Part shown: piece after piece, positions 1 through 10,474 of the stretch
How positions within the stretch are numbered: the first letter of the stretch is position 1
Layout of the letters: each line of letters opens with the position of its first letter
Virus record (IMG/VR): IMGVR_UViG_3300037067_021941
Location: 29,135-93,134 of that record
DNA: 64,000 bases
From: a virus
Lineage: Duplodnaviria; Caudoviricetes
Strand: one strand, 5' to 3'
The notes under the pieces: model-generated
The model's input: the letters and a program-made list of their open reading frames with translations, nothing else
What the model was told of the DNA's origin: nothing
The model's database searches: none
Program-made: the position numbers and the translations under genes

Positions 1-3000
1 GCTACTGTTATTTGAGAGCCAGACACAATACTAACACCACTTGAACTATCAGTTGTATTTAACGTCATCGCGACTGGGGTATTTATTGCGCCAGCAGTTT
101 GTGTTGTTGTATCATAAAATGAACCATAGTATGGGCCAATGCTAGACGTACCACCAAAAACATATTTCCATGTCCCAACAATAGTATCATATGCAACCAA
201 GTTAATCCTTATCTGATTGTTACCAAATGTGATATCAGTTGAATCTAACGTTAAATTGTTGCCATCATTATCACTAATTGCGAATGGTAATGTTACGTTT
301 CCTTTAGTGTGCGTGATTGTTAAAATCCCAGCAGTCAAGTCGGAATTTGTGAAAGTACCCGAAATATAATTTCCGTCTACTCCGGTGGCACCAACTAGCC
401 CGGTGGCACCAACTATTCCGGTTGCACCAACAGGTCCTGAAGCACCACCAGTTTCACCCTGTGGACCAGTTGCACCCGTTGGTGCCAATACAGTTAACGT
501 TGTGTCGACATACGAAGCTCTCGAAGTCCCTTGATAAATCATACTAATATTACGTGTCAGGGCTGCTGTAGTATATCCAAGAGCTCTGACAATTATCCTG
601 TCGGTCGTAAGAATCGCAATATCACTCAAAACAGTGTAATCCATTTCGACAGCTGTAGCAACACCGGCACTCCTAGCAGCAATCTCTGTTGTTGAATTTG
701 TTATGAATAATTGTGTAGTTGTTCCGTCTAACGCTCGTTTAAGAACTTGATATTTAGCATAACAAAGAGTGCCACTTGCCCAGAAAGTCCCAACAAATTT
801 CCATAGACCTGCTGTGATTTTCGCTTGACCAGGGATATCTAAATCCGTTATGCAAATTATGAATGGTATACCATCTGAGTCTTCGTCTGACGCAGCAGTT
901 AGTGTTTGTGTTAATTCGCTACCAGTCGGTGGTGCTGCATTTAACCTACTACCATGTACAGTCAACACAGATGACGATGTTTCATTGGTTAAATTGTTCT
1001 CAGTTATACCACATAGAGTTAAAGTGAGTGCTGCTACAGTATGAATTGATACTGTTTTGTTGTTATTGACCGTGCCAGTAATATCAGCTATTTGCCATTG
1101 TTGCCACCCATCAGAGATAAAACTACCAGATGCACGAGTGATTGTTCTAGTCGCAGCAACATATGTCAATGTATCGGTTGTAGATGGTGTCGAGAACGAT
1201 TCGCCACCAGACGCATCAAACCAAAAACGCATCCCTGTAGTCGGGCCTTGAATACCTGTTGCACCAGTTAAACCCGTAGCACCAGATACGCCGGTGGCAC
1301 CAGTTAGACCAATACCAGTAGCGCCTGAAGCCCCATCAACACCGGTCGCACCAGAAGCGCCAGACGCTCCATCAATTCCGGTTGCACCAATTGAACCAGA
1401 AGCACCTTGCACACCAGTTGCACCAGAAGCACCAGACGCTCCATCAATTCCGGTTGCACCAGCTAAACCAGTCGCACCAGTAGATCCTGTGAAACCTGAG
1501 GCTCCTTGCACACCTGTAGCACCCGACGCACCATTAACACCAGATGCACCAATAACAATGGGACCTGTGGATCCAATTTCACCGGTAGGACCGGTAGATC
1601 CGGTCACACCAGTAGCACCAGTAGCTCCTGTCGAACCAGTGGCCCCAGGCAAGCCTACAGGGCCAGTGGTTCCTGTTGAACCTGTTGAACCTGTTGAACC
1701 GGTAATACCTATCGCGCCCGTAGAGCCAGTAAAACCAGTAGCCCCAACAACGCCAGTAGAGCCAGTAGCGCCAGTCAAGCCAATCAAGCCGGTTGCCCCT
1801 TGGCGTCCTCTATATCCAGTTGCACCCGTTGAACCCGTAGCACCAATTAAACCAATAGTGCCTGTTGCACCAGTTGAACCTGTAGCACCAGATAGACCAA
1901 TTACACCAGTAGAGCCCATAGGCCCTGTCGCTCCTGTCGCGCCTGTCGAGCCCGTAGAACCAGATAAGCCGATAGAACCAGTTGAACCAGATAAGCCTGT
2001 CGCTCCTGTCGAGCCCGTTGAACCAGTAGCACCAGATAGACCAATTACACCAGTAGAGCCTATAAGCCCTGTCGCTCCTGTTAAACCTGTTGAACCTGTT
2101 GAGCCAGATAAACCAATTAATCCAGTAGCTCCAGCTAATCCTGTAGAACCAGATAAGCCTACTAGCCCAGTAGCCCCAGTTAAACCTGTGGAGCCAGATA
2201 AACCAGTTGCTCCCGTTAAACCAATTGAACCAGATAAACCGGTAGCACCTGTTAAGCCTGTTACCCCGGATGAACCAGTAGAACCAGTCGCCCCCGTTAA
2301 GCCTGTTACACCAGGTAAACCAATAACGCCTGTTGCCCCTGTTGAACCAATATGTCCTGTTGCACCTGCAGATCCAGTTAAACCAGTCGCTCCTGTAGCA
2401 CCGGTCGAGCCAGTAGCTCCAACTAATCCCGTTGCACCTGCTAAACCGGTAGAGCCAGATATGCCTGTTGCACCTGCAGACCCAGTTAAACCAGTCGCTC
2501 CTGTAGAACCGGTCGAGCCAGTAGCTCCAACTAATCCTGTTGCACCTGTTAAGCCGACAGAACCAGATATACCTGTTGCACCCGTAGCACCGCTTGAACC
2601 TGTAGCACCAGTAAATCCAACCACACCAGTAGAGCCAGTCAACCCAGTAGCACCGGTGGCACCAGTAGAACCTGTAGCACCAGTTAAACCAATCAAACCA
2701 GTAGAACCTTGACGCCCTCTATATCCAGTGGCACCGACTGGTCCTGTTGCACCTGTTGAACCAACAATTCCTGTTGCACCTGTCGCACCTTCTATGCCGG
2801 TTTGTCCGATAGGACCGGTAGTACCAGTATGGCCAGTAGCACCAGTTACACCCGTTGCACCAGATAAACCAACTAATCCGGTTGATCCTGTTAAACCAAC
2901 AATACCAGAAGCGCCGGAAGCACCAGTTGCACCAGAAATGCCAGTGAGGCCAGTTGCACCAGAAATGCCTATTACGCCTGTCGCACCAATTTGACCAGTA

Positions 3001-3551
3001 GCTCCAATATTACCGGTAACACCACTAGCCCCGGTGCTACCAGCATATCCTATAACACCAGTACTACCTCCAACACCTGTCGCGCCAATTTGGCCAGTAG
3101 CACCATCTATACCAGTAGAGCCTTTAAAACCCGTTGCACCAGTAGAACCAGTAATACCAATTAACCCAGTCGCACCAGAAGCACCAGTAATGCCAGAAAC
3201 ACCCGAAACCCCAGTACTGCCTGTAGCACCAGTAGCTCCTGCAGCACCAGATAAACCGACAACCCCTGTAGCACCAGTTGGGCCAATCGAACCGGTCGCT
3301 CCATCAGATCCCGTTGCGCCTGATGCGCCCATGATACCAGTTGCACCAGATGCACCATAAATGCCGGAAGCGCCAACAATAATATTGTTGATCTGCTCTT
3401 GTAATGGTGCAGTTGCACCAGCTAAACACGAAAGTTCTTGCGGACTTATTCCATCAATATTATGATTGTTTAAATCCAGTGAAGCATTTAACTTTGGGGC
3501 AGGATCAAGCGCCAAGCGTGGTACTAAATTGGCGGACAAATTATCTGCCAT
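1..3551 (-). CDS. Collagen-like (Gly-X-Thr repeat) fibre/structural protein, runs off the left edge
   Basis: ATG at 3551 ([13 protein letters not shown]...), then about 2.1 kb of G-A/S-T triplets (1250-3380), then non-repetitive domains. The same frame is open at position 1. Missing from the ORF track because there is no stop in the window. Confidence 0.85.
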   Translation of the reverse strand, partial: MADNLSANLVPRLALDPAPKLNASLDLNNHNIDGISPQELSCLAGATAPLQEQINNIIVGASGIYGASGATGIMGASGATGSDGATGSIGPTGATGVVGLSGAAGATGATGSTGVSGVSGITGASGATGLIGITGSTGATGFKGSTGIDGATGQIGATGVGGSTGVIGYAGSTGASGVTGNIGATGQIGATGVIGISGATGLTGISGATGASGASGIVGLTGSTGLVGLSGATGVTGATGHTGTTGPIGQTGIEGATGATGIVGSTGATGPVGATGYRGRQGSTGLIGLTGATGSTGATGATGLTGSTGVVGFTGATGSSGATGATGISGSVGLTGATGLVGATGSTGSTGATGLTGSAGATGISGSTGLAGATGLVGATGSTGATGATGLTGSAGATGHIGSTGATGVIGLPGVTGLTGATGSTGSSGVTGLTGATGLSGSIGLTGATGLSGSTGLTGATGLVGLSGSTGLAGATGLIGLSGSTGSTGLTGATGLIGSTGVIGLSGATGSTGSTGATGLSGSTGSIGLSGSTGSTGATGATGPMGSTGVIGLSGATGSTGATGTIGLIGATGSTGATGYRGRQGATGLIGLTGATGSTGVVGATGFTGSTGAIGITGSTGSTGSTGTTGPVGLPGATGSTGATGATGVTGSTGPTGEIGSTGPIVIGASGVNGASGATGVQGASGFTGSTGATGLAGATGIDGASGASGATGVQGASGSIGATGIDGASGASGATGVDGASGATGIGLTGATGVSGATGLTGATGIQGPTTGMRFWFDASGGESFSTPSTTDTLTYVAATRTITRASGSFISDGWQQWQIADITGTVNNNKTVSIHTVAALTLTLCGITENNLTNETSSSVLTVHGSRLNAAPPTGSELTQTLTAASDEDSDGIPFIICITDLDIPGQAKITAGLWKFVGTFWASGTLCYAKYQVLKRALDGTTTQLFITNSTTEIAARSAGVATAVEMDYTVLSDIAILTTDRIIVRALGYTTAALTRNISMIYQGTSRASYVDTTLTVLAPTGATGPQGETGGASGPVGATGIVGATGLVGATGVDGNYISGTFTNSDLTAGILTITHTKGNVTLPFAISDNDGNNLTLDSTDITFGNNQIRINLVAYDTIVGTWKYVFGGTSSIGPYYGSFYDTTTQTAGAINTPVAMTLNTTDSSSGVSIVSGSQITV

Positions 3552-3680
3552 GATCGTGTTTCATTAATAGGATACAGTTGCACAAAACAATATTTAAAGT
3601 TTGTCTGCGGACCATTATGTCGCGGGGATAATCTATAGATATGAATATCTATAACAACTGGCTAGAATAGCCTGAAAGAA

Positions 3681-5318
3681 TTATTCTGCTTCTGATTGCA
3701 GCTTTTGCCAATCTTTTTTAGTCCAAAGAGGTTCTATAACAGTCCCCCTCTGTAAAACAAAACTATTACGATCTTTATCGTAATCAACTCTTAATCTAAC
3801 ACCCTTGTCGGCCACTAATAATCTCTTATTCTGATTTCTAATGTCTTGCTCCCACATTAACACCAAACAGGTCTTACGCCCGTCAGATATTATCATTCGA
3901 AGCATTGCAGAACCTCTTTTAGTCCTACCTTCTACTACGCTTACTATTACTCCCTCTAAACAATCATTAACCTTAGACTTTTCAACGGTGTGATCGCCAG
4001 TGATACGATATAAATCGATAGGAGAATGCCAATGATAACCTAAAAATTGTTTTTCAAATCTAAGAACCTGATCGAATGAATAATCTTCTGAGTATAAAGA
4101 TGCAATATCTGTATGCGTAGCTTTAATGATTGGTCTATAATTCAGTATCTTCGCAGGTATTACTTTTCTCTTCGGATATGTCTGTTTGAATACCGCGATC
4201 TGACGCTCCCTTTCTGCTGCAATTGTTTCTTCTGTCCAATTAGCTTTTGCCATAAGACAACGCATATGATAATTCTTCAATATCTTAATTGGGTAGCTGA
4301 AACTCTTTAATTTCGACTTCTTGTTAAGCTGTTGTTTTTTTGATTCTGCTATCTCTGCCTTAGCTTGTTCATCGACGTCTTTAAATTCAAAATCTTCGAC
4401 AGTACCAGAGCCATGCTCATGGAGGTACCACATCCATGTAGCTCTTTTGTTTGGGTGTAACTTAGAAAACGCACCCAATTTTATTAGTCGCTCAAAAAGA
4501 ATCTTACTCTTGCCTTTTTTCTCAATAAAATCGTCAATATCTGTATAAATATTATTACCGACTTTATCAACAAATGCTATCGCCGCCTTATCACCAATTT
4601 TCTTTAGACTTGTTAAACCAAGTGCTATATGTTTATTTGATACGTTGAGACCAGAGTGTGCAGTTGGATGCAATGTAAGCTTTGCTATGTCAATTTCACC
4701 AAATTTGACGTCTTCACCACGTGCGGCAGACATATATCGTTCAAGAGCCTGTTGGTCACATGTCCCCATTACGCTCGCCCACCATTCTTCGGCGAAATGT
4801 GCTTTAAGCCAAAGACAACGATATGCCCATAAGCAATAGCAGATAGCATGACTTAAATTAAAAGCGTATCGACCGAATGTCTCCATCTTATCCCAATATT
4901 CACGTGCTTTCGACTCGCCAATCTTCTTACTTGCACCAGTCAGCCAATGTTCTCTAACTGGCTTTAATTTCTCTTTCCATTTCTTTGCAACTGCTTTTCT
5001 TGCATCTTGCGATTCTGGACCAGTAAACCCCGCAATGCATTGCCATATGGATGTAAGTTGCTCTTGAAACACAATTACACCGCTTGTTATGCTTAAGATT
5101 TTGACAATATCTGGGTGTTCACCTTGTGCCCATCTATTGCTGGTGTCATCGCGATTTTTGACATAATCTGGGATAGAATTGTGAACCAAAACACTATTGG
5201 CAAAGAAATTACCCTCATTCTGCCAACATTGCTCAAAGTTGCCAATATCATAAACATCTTCTTCGTCGCACTCTTCGATGCTTATGATTTCAGCTAATTC
5301 TAAACCATCTGTGCCCAT
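3681..5318 (-). CDS. dnaE: DnaE fragment 4: split-intein C-half (IntC-2) fused to the C-terminal fingers/HhH/OB region
   Basis: N-terminus ...VYDI...NFFANSVLVHN|S is an intein F/G block. It is followed by GVIVFQEQ, GRYAFNLSHAICY, GLTSLKKIG and an OB-fold-like end typical of Pol III alpha. Confidence 0.92.
   Translation of the reverse strand: MGTDGLELAEIISIEECDEEDVYDIGNFEQCWQNEGNFFANSVLVHNSIPDYVKNRDDTSNRWAQGEHPDIVKILSITSGVIVFQEQLTSIWQCIAGFTGPESQDARKAVAKKWKEKLKPVREHWLTGASKKIGESKAREYWDKMETFGRYAFNLSHAICYCLWAYRCLWLKAHFAEEWWASVMGTCDQQALERYMSAARGEDVKFGEIDIAKLTLHPTAHSGLNVSNKHIALGLTSLKKIGDKAAIAFVDKVGNNIYTDIDDFIEKKGKSKILFERLIKLGAFSKLHPNKRATWMWYLHEHGSGTVEDFEFKDVDEQAKAEIAESKKQQLNKKSKLKSFSYPIKILKNYHMRCLMAKANWTEETIAAERERQIAVFKQTYPKRKVIPAKILNYRPIIKATHTDIASLYSEDYSFDQVLRFEKQFLGYHWHSPIDLYRITGDHTVEKSKVNDCLEGVIVSVVEGRTKRGSAMLRMIISDGRKTCLVLMWEQDIRNQNKRLLVADKGVRLRVDYDKDRNSFVLQRGTVIEPLWTKKDWQKLQSEAE
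5178..5318 (-). other. Split intein C-terminal half IntC-2
   Basis: 47 aa ending VHN (5178-5186), followed by Ser+1 (5175-5177). Strongly acidic. Confidence 0.9.
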
Positions 5319-6457
5319 AGTCCACCAATGAAATTATTAGAACTTTCAACTATATTAACAAGCCGCTGGTCGTTGATGCTTTTATTACAATACAGCTCTT
5401 TTTCCGTGATTAGCTTGTATGATGAATTATGGCAAGCGGCATACTCAACACCAGCCTTAATTTTCGCAATTTCTCGTTTTTCGTCATATATCTGCGGATT
5501 GCTGGCCTTAATTTCGACCATCCTACACCCATCAATAAGGAAATCGCAAAAATACCGATGACCTTGCCATGGTATTATAGGACGATTTCTTAATAATGAA
5601 ATTGGCTTAAATCGCTCACACCAAACAATAAAATCAAGTTCATATGAAGAATCGTACGGATAACATTGGCCAAAATATTCACTGAAATATTTATGTTTAA
5701 TAGTGAAGTTCGGATGATTCTCTAGCCAACGCCTCCAGCACTCTTTGGAACAGAATTTACGAGACCATTTACTGCAAACAGATAAAAATGGTGCTCCACA
5801 TGACTTGCATTTAGTTTGCTGAACACGCGCAGCCAATGCTGGATCAATTACGTAATTCGGATGAACAAGACGTTTGCGATAAGAAAGCCAACATGATGAT
5901 GAACAAAAAATTAAACCAGATGCATATCTACGACTAGCGGTTTGAATAAATTGTTCGCCGCATTCTCCACAACATACCAATTCAGGATCTTTAGCGAATG
6001 GATATGTGTGTTGAAACCATTGAATGTCGAGAGAATGTTGTTGTCTAATTTCGTTTTGTTTGGCGTTACCGGCAGCAACGAACACCGCTAACATATTACG
6101 TCGATCTTCTACTGAAGCCGATTTAACCTTTTTAACCCAGGATTGACGAGCGTCCGATAGTTGTTTGCAGTCAGCCTTGAATCGTCCCGCAGACCACATT
6201 GATTTATTTTGGTCAGCACGACGTATACGTTCAAAAGTAGTATTCATCCTCTCGCGCGTTTTGTCTGCATAAGACCGTATCGACTCATTAGTCTGTTCAG
6301 TCAATCCTTTATTCCATGGTGGAGGAGTTGCAATATTCAACTGAAATTCACGTGCTATACGATAAATATATGCAACATGAACACACAGTTTTTGGCTTAT
6401 ACTCTTCGCGTATTCACCGTTATTGACCAGCCGGATTATTTCCTGTTTTTTCGACAT
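5300..6457 (-). mobile_element. Free-standing putative homing endonuclease (Zn-finger repeats + TnsA-like PD-(D/E)XK nuclease) between the intein halves
   Basis: CxxC/FCSxxC repeats and C-terminal YDSSYELDF...YFCDFLID...VEIK. Overlaps both flanking dnaE fragments. Likely start MSKKQ at 6457. Confidence 0.75.
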
Positions 6458-6725
6458 ACAATTTATCTTTGATTGACAATTGCCCGACTGGTTTAATGCC
6501 GAAATCACCAAACATCCAATGGTTGGCGGAAGCTTTAATCGTCGCACCATTACTTAAACGAATACGATATACTTTTTTGCGTCCTGTCTTGAAAACCCTA
6601 TAATTGTCAGTGAGATCCGAATTACCTTTCGAATTAACATATTTTATCTTGTGTACATTATGATCTACCTGATCAATCCTAATGTTGCCTATATTAGTGC
6701 TAACTAATGTATCGGCAGCTAAACA
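6420..6725 (-). other. Split intein N-terminal half IntN-2
   Basis: Cys1 at 6723-6725 after HPGPMQ. About 100 aa with Hint motifs (KKVYRIRLSNGATIKASANH), then a stop. Confidence 0.9.
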
Positions 6726-8030
6726 CTGCATCGGACCAGGATGCCCCATAGCATTAAAAATCAATAAGTCTCGAAAGCTATGCACGCCAGCGGATAATGT
6801 TCGTTTAGCAAGCTCAGTATCAAATTGGAAAATACTGTCAGTCTGTGAATCGTTAGCTAATTTTAAAGCCGCTGGGTCTTCTAGTGGTATTGTCTTCTTC
6901 TCACCATTCTCCCAATAATATCCAGCAACGTTATTAATCTGATCAGAATCGTCCCATCCTTGCAGTTGGTCACCAAATGATATGCCATGATTCTCCCTGA
7001 TCATCTCACACGCTGTCTTTATATATGATAGGTTCTTCAACCCAAGTATATCCCATTTGACATAGCCAAATTTCGATAATTGTGTATTGCGGCCCTCCGT
7101 CCATATGCTTACCCATTGATCGGTCTTTTTGTCATATTGCATCGGTACATTACCGAATAAATCCCGATCCGCAATAATAAGACCACCAGCATGTTTTCCT
7201 GCGTGCTTAATGCGACCAACTAGACGTATCGCAGTATCGATTACCTGCTGATGTGCCTCCTTATTCTCTGCTACAAATTGCCCAATCTCCGGATGGTCTC
7301 TCATTATCATAGCGATAGTTGGTGTGTCAGTATCACCGCTATGACATTGTGGACATTCTAGACCTTTGTGTTTGAAACCACATTCTTTGTCGACACCATC
7401 CTCTTTTACACGACCTTTACAAGCACCATATCCACCTTCGCGCATTTCATTAACTTCATCTGGCAAGATTTTTGTTAATTCAATCGCTCTATTTTTAGTG
7501 CCTTGATCTCGATCTATCTTTTCAAGCCCAAGTCCAGAATAGGCATCTGCGATAGCTTGCTTTAAAAGATAAGCCTGCCAAGTACCAACACTTGCCACAT
7601 TACGTTTCCCATATCGCTTAGCGACATAATCTTTAATCTGGTTCCTAGCTTCTGGTAAACAATCAATGTCTATATCTGGTTTATCGTCGTCTTGACGAAT
7701 ATCAGATGGTAGTTTACCAGTCTTTTTTAAGACAGCTTGAACATCGTCATACCTCGCACTAAGCATCAATGGACCATTTCTATGTGCGATTGGATCGATA
7801 TTTGCATCACCAGTGAAACGATTAAGTAGCCATGGTAGTAGAAGTTGATTTGGATTTTTATCAAACTCTTTACCAGATTCTATCAGATCTTCCCAATACC
7901 TTTGGGCTCCTTGCATGCGAATCTGATCTAATTCAAAATCTAGTCGCTTGGTATAAATCTCTGGTAAGCTCAATCGCTGTATCTTTTTATGGGCGATTTG
8001 TGCAATTTTCTCAAATTCAAATTTACCCAT
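6420..8030 (-). CDS. dnaE: DnaE fragment 3: catalytic palm/thumb fused to split-intein N-half (IntN-2)
   Basis: PDIDID, GKHAGGLII, KWDILGLKNL, IFQFD and HPGPMQ, then intein block A CLAADTLV and block B ASANH. Confidence 0.92.
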   Translation of the reverse strand: MGKFEFEKIAQIAHKKIQRLSLPEIYTKRLDFELDQIRMQGAQRYWEDLIESGKEFDKNPNQLLLPWLLNRFTGDANIDPIAHRNGPLMLSARYDDVQAVLKKTGKLPSDIRQDDDKPDIDIDCLPEARNQIKDYVAKRYGKRNVASVGTWQAYLLKQAIADAYSGLGLEKIDRDQGTKNRAIELTKILPDEVNEMREGGYGACKGRVKEDGVDKECGFKHKGLECPQCHSGDTDTPTIAMIMRDHPEIGQFVAENKEAHQQVIDTAIRLVGRIKHAGKHAGGLIIADRDLFGNVPMQYDKKTDQWVSIWTEGRNTQLSKFGYVKWDILGLKNLSYIKTACEMIRENHGISFGDQLQGWDDSDQINNVAGYYWENGEKKTIPLEDPAALKLANDSQTDSIFQFDTELAKRTLSAGVHSFRDLLIFNAMGHPGPMQCLAADTLVSTNIGNIRIDQVDHNVHKIKYVNSKGNSDLTDNYRVFKTGRKKVYRIRLSNGATIKASANHWMFGDFGIKPVGQLSIKDKLYVEKTGNNPAGQ

Positions 8031-8036
8031 GATATC

Positions 8037-8510
8037 TTATAATAATGTAGTAATTGTATTGCTGTCGCTATTGATACCAGTCTCTACTGTTGTTTTAGCT
8101 ATATCAAAAGCTTGTTGCAATTGTTCTTTTGTTCCAATTAATACTATCAAATTTTCAAATAAATCAGCTTTCTCACGAAAACGACGTATCAACTCGATAT
8201 TTTTCTTAGGCACCAACTTGAATTCGCCGTCTACACGTTCCATAAACTGCGCAACGTACTTAGTTGTAACTAATTCGACTGGTGCTTTGCGTAGTCGCAA
8301 TACAGGAGTTGCTTTAATGCTCATCAAACCCAATATAGCAGCTTTCAGATCACATTGAGGTCCTGTACTGCTACCAACAAGCTCACTGATAACTCTTATG
8401 GCCTTACGATCATGATCGTCAACATAATGCAATCCGGCAGCACAAGCACCGCGTTGTGTCGGTTTACCGTTATCAATGCTATAACCGCAAGCATATATTG
8501 AAATCTTCAT
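8037..8510 (-). CDS. RNase HI-fold protein with a degenerate active site
   Basis: MKISIYACGYS..NG resembles IYTDGS; STGPQCDLKAAILGL resembles TNNxAELxA; TTKYV resembles DSxYV. Confidence 0.6.
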   Translation of the reverse strand: MKISIYACGYSIDNGKPTQRGACAAGLHYVDDHDRKAIRVISELVGSSTGPQCDLKAAILGLMSIKATPVLRLRKAPVELVTTKYVAQFMERVDGEFKLVPKKNIELIRRFREKADLFENLIVLIGTKEQLQQAFDIAKTTVETGINSDSNTITTLL

Positions 8511-8965
8511 TGTTCTCCTCTAAGTTTTTTACCGTCAGCATCAGTGAGTTGTGGATATTCAGCGCCAGTAATCTCTTTGAGTTGAGCAATCGCCATGCCA
8601 AGTACATTAAAAAATACAGTGCAACGCTCAGATGTGTTTATTGATTCAGTAACCTTCATACAATCAATAATGCTTTTCATACTAGCGTTGGCCTTAATGC
8701 GAAGTTCAATTGCATTGTATGTATTTGTTAACTCTTTCAGTCTATCTAATATTCCTAGTATCGCAGCTTCAAGAGAAATAGCAGCAAGCGTATAGAGCGT
8801 TTTAGCTTGATCGGTATCACCAGGCGGAAGACATCCAATGAATTCAATCAATCTCATATTCATCTGCCCTAACAACGGGCATGGTTCGCCCACTAAGAGT
8901 AAATAATCGCTCATAGCGGCATGTAACGATTTTAATGACGATTGAAAAATATCTTTAGCCATCAA
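8507..8965 (-). CDS. Hypothetical helical protein inside the dnaE locus
   Basis: 152-aa ORF overlapping both neighbours (translational coupling). Confidence 0.65.
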   Translation of the reverse strand: MMAKDIFQSSLKSLHAAMSDYLLLVGEPCPLLGQMNMRLIEFIGCLPPGDTDQAKTLYTLAAISLEAAILGILDRLKELTNTYNAIELRIKANASMKSIIDCMKVTESINTSERCTVFFNVLGMAIAQLKEITGAEYPQLTDADGKKLRGEQ

Positions 8966-9272
8966 TTTTAGTCCTTAAAAGATAACCACCACGCGAACTA
9001 GCTAAGAAACGATCAAAACTCAACTTCCATTTAAGACTATTGATATTATGAATGCCAAGCAAATAACACACAAGTGAGCCAGCAGCCGAATTGGAGCTGA
9101 AAACGCCATTTAACCTGTAAGTGTTGGTATTACTTACTTGCAAATCAAACACCTTACCTGTGTAATGACGCCTCGATATGCTTTTTATTTTTAGCCTCTC
9201 TACGGAACCTGCTGATACCAATGCTTGCAATTCGCTGATGTTTCGGATCTGTGAAGGCAATAATTGTTGCAT
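8955..9272 (-). CDS. dnaE: DnaE fragment 2: split-intein C-half (IntC-1) + 44-aa extein SAAGSLVCYLLGI...FDRFL
   Basis: YTGKVFDLQV...YRLNGVFSSN|SAAGSLVCYLLGI. ATG at 9272 with GGAGAG upstream. Asn at 9090-9092, Ser+1 at 9087-9089. Confidence 0.9.
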   Translation of the reverse strand: MQQLLPSQIRNISELQALVSAGSVERLKIKSISRRHYTGKVFDLQVSNTNTYRLNGVFSSNSAAGSLVCYLLGIHNINSLKWKLSFDRFLASSRGGYLLRTKIDG

Positions 9273-10215
9273 TGTTAATCTCTCCGATTTGTTTCCACAT
9301 ATGTCCACCGCCCAACCTACGTAGAATACATTCAGTTAGTAGTCTTTCAGTGTCGTATAGTATATACGAGTCTGCAATGCCTGTTTCAGCGATATAACTA
9401 TTTGCCGCTGTTTGTTTTTCAGCAACATTACTCTTATAGAAACCTTTCACTTCGATTATCGTCCGCTCACCATTTCTATCAACTACGAAGAAGTCTGGAT
9501 GATAGAAATGATTACCATATGCAATTGCAAAATTACACCTTCTAATTTTGCTATATTTATTTCTTACACCCCATAGAAATATCAGTTCGTATGCACTATC
9601 AAACCTTATCTTATGCCCGTTAATCAGAACCGTACCTTCGACAGATCGACTTCTTCTACGGTGTTTATTAGCATATTCCGGATCGATCTGCATTGTTTTA
9701 TTATGCAGATCGAACGCTCTCAAGCACTGTATTCTATAATCTTTATTCTGCCATAGTAATCTACTATTATTTCTATTTAATTCTAATTTCGCAGGCTCAT
9801 TTTGTATCAAATTATCGAGACATTTTAAACAGATATTGTCATATTGGTAATGCTTTCTATCTGCGAGTTTAGACCATCGTATGCGGTACTCACAACCACA
9901 TTCATGACATTCAAATCTAACTAATATCTTTGAAGATACTCCCATCAGATATTTTATTGCTATTTTGTAGTCTATACAACCACTGAATATCTGATAATGA
10001 AATTCTTCCGGAACAGCCTTAAACACAGCGCTAGATTTTGCTAATTTAAGTAAACATTTTCGGCATATATGCTCGTTTTTATATGTCTCTCTATATCTTA
10101 AATTATGGGTTGTCGTTGCACAATTCACACCACATTTTTCACAATTATAAGTAATCCTGACATATTTCATGGGTACGGGTGGCTTGTTGGTCCTGTAAGC
10201 TACCAATGATTTCAT
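9154..10215 (-). mobile_element. Free-standing putative homing endonuclease (Zn ribbons + TnsA-like PD-(D/E)XK nuclease) between the intein halves
   Basis: CxxC pairs and FDSAYELIF...YHPDFFV...IIEVKG. Overlaps the IntN-1 end and the IntC-1 start. Start is uncertain (10215 or 10170). Confidence 0.75.
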
Positions 10216-10474
10216 CTGTATCTTTGATTTCAGATGCCGGCAAAAGCATAACCAAGCCACCCCTGATAACATATAATTTATGATCGGCAGTGATTGTTAT
10301 CATACAACCATCTAATTCAAAGACAAACAACTCCTCTGAAACATCATAAATAAATTTATTCTCAACGGTTTGTTCATTTCCAAAGCCATCTTGTATCTTG
10401 TCTCCTATCTGGATATCTTCAATTTTCTTTTGTTGGTAATGATTGATATTTATTAGCGAGTCTGGAATAGTGCA
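10145..10474 (-). other. Split intein N-terminal half IntN-1
   Basis: Block A CTIPDSLI, KKIEDIQIGD, block B ITADHKLYV, ASEIKDTDEI. Acidic. Confidence 0.9.

Noticed and set aside
850-3360. Plus-strand Pro/Val-rich ORFs (PVAPV...), including 1294..2712
   Set aside because: Antisense shadows of the minus-strand Gly-X-Thr collagen gene. The same applies to 16026..16562 and the alternative-frame CYGCYG/VLRVLR ORFs.
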